Below the pieces are notes generated by a model. That model saw only the letters and a list, made by a program, of their open reading frames with translations. It made no database searches and was not told the DNA's origin. A DNA stretch of 64,000 nt from a virus. Lineage: Duplodnaviria > Heunggongvirae > Uroviricota > Caudoviricetes. Position numbers and translations under genes: made by a program. This document shows positions 59,001 through 64,000 of this stretch, in pieces. Location: the IMG/VR virus record IMGVR_UViG_3300024268_000023; one strand, 5' to 3'. Numbering within the stretch: position 1 is the first letter of the stretch; each line of letters starts with the position of its first letter.

Positions 59001-59821
59001 AAATTAGCGTTCTAAATTGTATCAAAAAAATCGACCAAAAGTTTTTGCCATATGGTAGCGACCATACTGTAAAAGATAAAATTACATCATTTAATGCTGA
59101 AAAAAATTCTACAGAATCAGATGTAGCATTAGAAGAAGCAGGATTGTATGGTTATGATTATACTATTGAATCAACTGATAATTATTGGACTGAAACAAAG
59201 TTTACAATAGGAGAAAAATATATACTTCAGATTGGTGAACAAAGTTATTGTGCTGAAGCAAAACGTGAAGAAGGAGATTGGGAACTTTATTTTGGAAACC
59301 TTGCGTTTGTGCAAAAGGTAGCTGAAATAGAAGGCATTACGGGAGTTACTGTACCAGACACCGGAGAAGATTTCCTGATTATTGCTTATCAAACAAACGA
59401 TACTCCTAACGGTGGATTCAGCATTTTGGGTTATACTGATTACGGAGATTCTGTTTCTGTAACGATGTATTCCGGTGCTGAAATAGTTACTAAAATTGAT
59501 AAGAAGTATATCCCTGACCCGCCTGAATTTGACCTTACTGCAATGGGACTTCCGAATATTCCTCTTGATGGAACAGCCGTTAATGTTTCCTGCGATACCA
59601 CGGAGCTTCGCAATGCTCTTAGTAAGAGTGTTGTAAAAATACATTTCACAGCTAACGGAGAATCAGTTAGCGGAATTCTTAACGCAATGATTGGCGAAGG
59701 AATATATAATGGCGGTTTTGTAACATTAGATACTTCGACTAATACGCCGATTATGTTTAATCTTTCTGTAGGAGACGGTTTCTTATACGGAATGGTAATT
59801 AGATTTGCTGTCGCAACCTGA
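56060..59821 (+). CDS. Long repeat-module tail fibre (1253 aa)
   Basis: HPASMITGLSAVATSGSFNDL fibre motif; 5-6 beta modules Y.V...G.EY.C...GN...PF linked by W..I..KPF. Confidence 0.7.
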   Translation: MCMPGLKVKSSNGKWLDIASADSHEHTIDDIIGLPGNIANEVADLKEKIGNQSVAYQINAAIGGVNPRHPSTHPASMITGLSAVATSGSFNDLKDVPANLGGGVGAGLPDITDEDEGKVLGVLDGEWTKIDAPGAGITSSSTDILPATDLVLTPVAEGPTSYDGKKIYINESTDTDMLSACEKIAAGKEYCFVVNGAEYTCTAMNFNQFSELIPEYPVVPEVTINNFAFCGNICLAAEGHDDLDNSLPFAFEFLDNDRVIDGETVKEKAVYFATVSDEDVSEITCNLRIYEKVNSISWNEITNKPFYEKTYKIVIDESTVTDVTFSGLGFAWKKVSPDTLPEGTVVGGTISMNGMSIVISRDDVIAENEHGIGCLLLGQFPFLMVYKPGETTLTALGRTETVNIPETGTYMLGVGEGGSYTFESKEIKKLNNKFLGILEGEDSEEMDIFPKQTVTWENAQDSSSFEIQECPQLNKKYIVEFDGTEYECVAWLGEGICLGNTRSMGESYPDSGEPFLAASIPDDGKIAMVFILPESATETHEIRVYKPATKAMVKGEHIPFVKHTPYSEEEVLPINEYGPLTYSDTYKLYKIDVESDFVLKAGVEYTVTWDNAVYVCEGQDCSSVMTGAVAIGNGTDFGYKGNNEPFIILTANGFLSVCAVNDTAENYHTVRVRIVTKEKDEAKPGFVSWDAIEDRPFGEKPVVIFEGEFQNTLVDNDGDGTNDAWNDEPMSIVDTSEVTLEEGKRYVVTWEGKEYELECYLAEGIVPYVGNTALVGLEDNGVPFAIARDTVGLTGGTPKWIAMVNPVPTDLTISGLYSCKIVGEKIEKIPEIYQNQTDWDEKDEKSAAFLNNKPFGEMVSAGSVLTDTMAGYDSDDFGLILTDINTGKSLLKDEYFQIGGKYIVEINGHVLVGTGVDGTTITNLINLPSDVFIKGGIVTLNDFDDNGNYHTVVVVGFANILNFIDTAYDSEFTNDESYPVKISVLNCIKKIDQKFLPYGSDHTVKDKITSFNAEKNSTESDVALEEAGLYGYDYTIESTDNYWTETKFTIGEKYILQIGEQSYCAEAKREEGDWELYFGNLAFVQKVAEIEGITGVTVPDTGEDFLIIAYQTNDTPNGGFSILGYTDYGDSVSVTMYSGAEIVTKIDKKYIPDPPEFDLTAMGLPNIPLDGTAVNVSCDTTELRNALSKSVVKIHFTANGESVSGILNAMIGEGIYNGGFVTLDTSTNTPIMFNLSVGDGFLYGMVIRFAVAT

Positions 59822-59837
59822 AAAGAGGTGAAATCGA

Positions 59838-61316
59838 ATGAATATAGTTGAAGCTTTAATACAAGTAAGACAAGAAATCCAGTCTTGGGTTACAGAAAAT
59901 CTTATAAGTAAGATTGACAAAAATAATCCTGTGGCAACAGGGTCTTTCTCTCTAAATAGAAAAGCAGAAAGTGACGTTGGAAATTATTCCTTTGCGGAAG
60001 GCAAAGACACCGAGGCAAGTGGAGCGGCTTCTCATGCAGAAGGCTGTGAAACCAAAGCTATGGGGATTTATTCTCACACCGAAGGATATCAAACTGAGGC
60101 GTTGGCCTATGGGCACGCTGAGGGAATGAACACTAAAGCATCTGCTCAAGCACATACGGAAGGAGCACTTACAGTTGCCTCCGGCGACGCTTCACACGCG
60201 GAAGGTTCTGCAACCACAGCCGAGGGTACATACTCTCATGCTGAAGGAGAAGGAGCTGTTGCGTCCTCCCGCGCTCAACACGTTCAAGGGACATACAATG
60301 TTTTGGATGCTATGGATGACCCAGCAGCAAAAGGTAAGTATGCGCATATTGTTGGAAACGGTGGCTCAGAAGCAGAACGTTCTAATGCGCACACTGTTGC
60401 GTGGGATGGCACGGGCTGGTTTGCTGGAGATGTTTATGTGGGTGGCACCGGACAAGATGAGGGTGCTGTAAAACTTTTATCTGAAAACAATGTTGACTCA
60501 ACTCCTACGGAAGATTCGGAAAATGCAGTATCCAGCGGAGGAGTATATCAACAGCTCGATTATATGACAACAGCTATTCTCGGAATGAGACCTGCCTACA
60601 TATGGGTTAATGCAGATGGGACGACGAGTAAAACATATGCAGAGCTTAAGGCGGAACTTGAGTCGGAGCGCGGATGCGGAGGCATTGTGGTTAAACGAGT
60701 GGTAGCCGAGAATGAAGAAACTGGGGAACAAGAGATTCGCAGTTATATTCTTAGCAACGGAAATACCATAAACGGCCTTATGTCTGATATGGATTTTCAT
60801 CTTTCTTGTTGCGAAGAAGGAAAGGTATATACTTGTGATATTTCATTCTATGCTACTCTAACTGACTTAAACGTTCCTATAGAGTGCATTTTTGATTCCT
60901 ATGAATATCAACCTGCGAAAATTATTATACGTGTCGTCGATGGAATTGCAGAATACACCTATAGAGAAATAGCTGAATTAAGACAAAGCACGGGCTCCTC
61001 TGACTTCGTTATCAACCAGCAGCTAGAACCTTATGAAATTGGCGGGTTGTCTTTCACTCCAAGCAGAGGGTATTCTTCGGTCGGTATGAGTTTTGATGCT
61101 GATGATGAAGGAAATTTTGCAGGAACAACTTATCATTTTTCATGCGTGGAAGGAAATCGTATTTATACTTGCTCATTCTCAGAACCTTTAACAACTGCAG
61201 ATACTTATGACGATTATGTTGTTATAACTTTTGAGGAAACTGAAATATTGACTCGAGAAGAGGTTAATTCAGCTATTGAAACAGCAGTTGGTTTGGCGAT
61301 TGGAGGTAGTTATTAA
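59838..61316 (+). CDS. Fibre with YadA/Hep-Hag-like head repeats
   Basis: Tandem ASHAEG/YSHTEG repeats; AHIVGNG...RSNAHTVAWDG. Confidence 0.75.
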   Translation: MNIVEALIQVRQEIQSWVTENLISKIDKNNPVATGSFSLNRKAESDVGNYSFAEGKDTEASGAASHAEGCETKAMGIYSHTEGYQTEALAYGHAEGMNTKASAQAHTEGALTVASGDASHAEGSATTAEGTYSHAEGEGAVASSRAQHVQGTYNVLDAMDDPAAKGKYAHIVGNGGSEAERSNAHTVAWDGTGWFAGDVYVGGTGQDEGAVKLLSENNVDSTPTEDSENAVSSGGVYQQLDYMTTAILGMRPAYIWVNADGTTSKTYAELKAELESERGCGGIVVKRVVAENEETGEQEIRSYILSNGNTINGLMSDMDFHLSCCEEGKVYTCDISFYATLTDLNVPIECIFDSYEYQPAKIIIRVVDGIAEYTYREIAELRQSTGSSDFVINQQLEPYEIGGLSFTPSRGYSSVGMSFDADDEGNFAGTTYHFSCVEGNRIYTCSFSEPLTTADTYDDYVVITFEETEILTREEVNSAIETAVGLAIGGSY

Positions 61317-62056
61317 TGGCTAATATGCATGCTACTTTAACATCTTTGTTTGATGATATCGCCGATGCTATTCGTTTGAAAAAAGGTAATGATATAGAGA
61401 TTATTGCAGACGAATTCCCATATGCTATTTCTACAATCAATAACACGAATAAAAATACGTTTGAATTTACAATCCCAAAAGGCAGAATAACCGGAGACAT
61501 GGACGGAGATGGGTTGATAACTGAGGCCGATGCTGATTTGGCTAGAGTTTTGGTATCTTCCATAGATCCTGACGAGATTCAAGTTGCCATTGGAGATTTG
61601 GATGAAGATGGCCAGATTACAGCAATGGATGCAAATATAATTAGAAAACTAGCAGTAGGAACAATTACTAGTTGGAATATGACTGATTATTATGGAAATT
61701 GGGTGCATGTTGCACAAGAAGGCTCGTTAGGCTACTTTTATCATGATGTCTCTGTTCCTGGAGTTAATGCGAGTACACTTGTAACTTTAGTTCCATCAAA
61801 GTACGAAAACTGGTTCATTGGAACAGAATGCTTGGATGGGATTGTTAGAATTAAAGTTACTAATTGCCCTGTAGAGGATTGCAGAGGATGCTTTTTTTGG
61901 GATAAGACCGAAACTGTTACCCCAGAAATGAACTTGCAGAGTAAAACGGTTACTCCATCCGAAGAATTACAAACCATAGTCCCCGACGATGGATATGACG
62001 GTTTAAGTGAGGTTATCGTGAACGCTGTCGAGGTATATGACGGGAGTGTGAGCTGA
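61316..62056 (+). CDS. Dockerin-domain-containing fibre-cluster protein
   Basis: GDMDGDGLITEADA and GDLDEDGQITAMDA duplicated Ca-binding loops (about 61493-61650); C-terminal KTVTPS...PDDGYDGLSEV. Confidence 0.75.
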   Translation: MANMHATLTSLFDDIADAIRLKKGNDIEIIADEFPYAISTINNTNKNTFEFTIPKGRITGDMDGDGLITEADADLARVLVSSIDPDEIQVAIGDLDEDGQITAMDANIIRKLAVGTITSWNMTDYYGNWVHVAQEGSLGYFYHDVSVPGVNASTLVTLVPSKYENWFIGTECLDGIVRIKVTNCPVEDCRGCFFWDKTETVTPEMNLQSKTVTPSEELQTIVPDDGYDGLSEVIVNAVEVYDGSVS

Positions 62057-62598
62057 TGGCAAATAGACTTGAGATTTCTTATAAAAAGCCTGGCTCAAAT
62101 TCAAATGATATAATCGTTGAAGAAAACATTGATGGAGATGCTGCGGTTTCTTATGATGGCGATAATATTGCAACGGTGGGTACAGGAGAGACAAAGACCC
62201 TTCAGTGTTCTGGTAAGCTAATGCGAACAAACGTTGTTGTAGCGGATAAAGTCTTAAATTGTGCTGGCAAAAAGATGAATTCGAATATTGTTATTAAACT
62301 TAAATCTTCATCTAATCAATACGCGCTTACGATAGAAATGGATCCTCCCACGTCAGTAACGGCAAATGATCAAATTGCATCTAACGGAGATGTATTTACA
62401 TTTAGCGAGGGCGAACGTGTTCAGATTTCAGCTACAATGGTATCCGATTTGTATGAATTGGACGGTATAACTGTCACAAAAGAAGCAGATGGAAGCAGCA
62501 TTCATTATGTTGCATCCAATGACTCTTGTACAGCGGTTATTGTTATGGATGGAAATTATACGGCTAAAATTAAAACGATCAGAGCTGGAATGGGTTAA
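62056..62598 (+). CDS. Small beta protein with a B-repeat/Ig-like C-terminal domain
   Basis: YALTI...FSEGERVQISAT...IVMDGNYTAK. Confidence 0.5.
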   Translation: MANRLEISYKKPGSNSNDIIVEENIDGDAAVSYDGDNIATVGTGETKTLQCSGKLMRTNVVVADKVLNCAGKKMNSNIVIKLKSSSNQYALTIEMDPPTSVTANDQIASNGDVFTFSEGERVQISATMVSDLYELDGITVTKEADGSSIHYVASNDSCTAVIVMDGNYTAKIKTIRAGMG

Positions 62599-62617
62599 AA
62601 TTAATAAATAATTATTT

Positions 62618-62648
62618 GAGCCCTGCTTAAAGCGGGGCTCTATTTCTA
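62618..62648 (+). terminator. Intrinsic terminator
   Basis: GAGCCCTGCT-TAA-AGCGGGGCTC-TATTTCT. Confidence 0.75.
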
Positions 62649-62665
62649 TAAAGGAGGTGAGGCCT

Positions 62666-63511
62666 ATGAGTTTTGGAGGTCTTGATTTTATTTTTGATGG
62701 ACAATATTCAGAAAACTACGGGTTGAAAATCATGAGCATCGGTGGTAGCAGTGTAACTTCAAATGCCTCAGCCGGCTGCGGAATTGATATTTTCACTGAT
62801 TGGGTTTACCGAAACCCGTCGGCTTTCCACCAGGGAGTTGCTCAGAATAAGCCGCTTGAATTCGATATTGAATTTGTCAGCGAGGATGAGCTTCCAGGAA
62901 TTATGCGCTCAAAAATCAGTAAGTGGCTTTTTGGCAGAATGAATTTTTGCAAACTTCAAATCGTACAGAGAGACCTGCAGGATATTTACTTCAATTGTCA
63001 TCTTGTAGATCCTCAGCTTACATATATAGGCAACTATTGTCATGGTATCAGCTGTAAAGTACAATGTGATGCTCCATGGGCTTGGCAGAATGAAAAGACA
63101 TATAAGTTTAATTCGAATACGGCAAAACAAGTTACAGATGAGAGCGGAACTTATTTTACCTGGAGACATTATAATGACTCCGATGACACCGATTATACTT
63201 ATCCGATTATCAAGTTCAAAATGAAACGCGGTGGGGATTTTTCAATCATCAACACAAGTGATAATAATCGAGAATTCAAATTTGGAATTACAGAAAACGG
63301 AACTGCAAAAACTTTAGTTGAAAATGAAGAACTTATTATTGACTGCCGGAACCAAACTCTTGAAACCTCATATACAGGTAGAAATACTTTGAGCGAAATT
63401 TTTAATAAAAAATTTTTGCGACTTGTATCAGGTGTGAACGACCTTAGAATTACCGGAGATTTTGAGAGCATTGAGATGAAATATCGTAACGCAAGAAAGG
63501 TCGGTGGTTGA
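62666..63511 (+). CDS. Distal tail protein (Dit-like)
   Basis: FIFDGQYSENYGL, PLEFDIEF, CDAPWAW, FLRLVSGVNDLRITG. Confidence 0.85.
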   Translation: MSFGGLDFIFDGQYSENYGLKIMSIGGSSVTSNASAGCGIDIFTDWVYRNPSAFHQGVAQNKPLEFDIEFVSEDELPGIMRSKISKWLFGRMNFCKLQIVQRDLQDIYFNCHLVDPQLTYIGNYCHGISCKVQCDAPWAWQNEKTYKFNSNTAKQVTDESGTYFTWRHYNDSDDTDYTYPIIKFKMKRGGDFSIINTSDNNREFKFGITENGTAKTLVENEELIIDCRNQTLETSYTGRNTLSEIFNKKFLRLVSGVNDLRITGDFESIEMKYRNARKVGG

Positions 63512-63513
63512 GC

Positions 63514-64000
63514 ATGCTCGTTGAATTTGATAAATTTGACATGGCTGAAAAGCCAGTGCTCACGCTTGCATACCCTCAAAGAACTGAACTGGGGCAGCTT
63601 GGCGCTTATTCTGATTTAAGCTATGATGCAGAGCTTAGAAGTTACTCAACCATTTCTTTTAAGTATTCATATTACTGCAATGATGGGAAAAAGTCTGCTT
63701 TTTATGATGAGCTGTGTGCTCAAATGCTCATAAAGGTTGGCGGAACCGAAAAGGGTATTGGTGAATTCATTGTCACTGCTTGCGAAGAAGAAAGCGATGG
63801 GGCAGAGCGATACAAACAGATTACTGCGAATAGTGCTGAGTATCAGCTTTGTCACAGAAAAATAAATTTATTAAATGGTACTTATAAATTTTATGATACG
63901 GTAAACAAGGAAGAAACTTTGTTAGGCGTGCTCATAGAAAAATATCTTCCGACATGGAGTATCGGAAATGTAAGTACAGACTTAATGGGGAAATCCCGCA
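63514..64000 (+). CDS. Tal/tail-spike-like protein, truncated by the window end
   Basis: ATG 63514, MLVEFDKFDMAEKPVLTLA...KQITANSAEYQL; follows Dit; open to the edge. Confidence 0.7.
   Translation, partial: MLVEFDKFDMAEKPVLTLAYPQRTELGQLGAYSDLSYDAELRSYSTISFKYSYYCNDGKKSAFYDELCAQMLIKVGGTEKGIGEFIVTACEEESDGAERYKQITANSAEYQLCHRKINLLNGTYKFYDTVNKEETLLGVLIEKYLPTWSIGNVSTDLMGKSR

Larger units (their letters stand above)
1..64000 (+). mobile_element. Segment of a large SPbeta-like siphovirus/prophage genome (RNAP, packaging, head, tail and fibre modules)
   Basis: Gene order RNAP - phosphoesterase - terminase - portal - protease/scaffold - capsid - tail tube - tape measure - Dit resembles the SPbeta yonO..yonB/yomI late region; no host housekeeping context is visible. 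Confidence 0.93.

Noticed and set aside
1-64000. Genome-wide TAG reassignment (code 15)
   Set aside because: Structural genes, including 6.5- and 8-kb ORFs, are complete under code 11 with only one internal TAG; full recoding would give many

Overview
The whole window is a piece of a large SPbeta-like (YonO-type) siphovirus or prophage of a low-GC Firmicute, probably Clostridia. Almost all genes are on the + strand. Gene order: (i) a compositionally odd left end (about 1-1500) carrying a minus-strand Ala/Glu/Lys-rich gene rich in GCGGC words; (ii) tyrosine recombinase, SF2-helicase-like protein, Lar-like protein; (iii) a YonO-like single-subunit RNA polymerase split by a 356-nt group I intron inside its catalytic DxDGD motif; (iv) metallophosphoesterase, ClpP, PhoH and a second tyrosine recombinase; (v) terminase, portal, protease/scaffold, capsid, neck, tail tube and a 2153-aa tape measure; (vi) about 30 kb of fibre/adhesin genes that also contain a Hint-domain protein, a glycogen-synthase-like glycosyltransferase, a cis-prenyltransferase (UppS) and a dockerin protein; (vii) Dit and a truncated Tal-like gene. 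The most striking observations are: the terminase Walker A is interrupted by CGA-TAG-CGA, a matched take-off/stop/landing arrangement whose 6-nt ribosomal hop would restore the usual ASRGQGKS motif; none of the 55 complete genes I called ends in TAG; the RNAP has the intron and apparently an ACG start; and the Hint-glycosyltransferase-UppS cassette sits inside the fibre region. All family calls come from motif recognition by eye; no database search was run. No tRNA, rRNA, CRISPR array, reverse transcriptase or lysis gene was seen.
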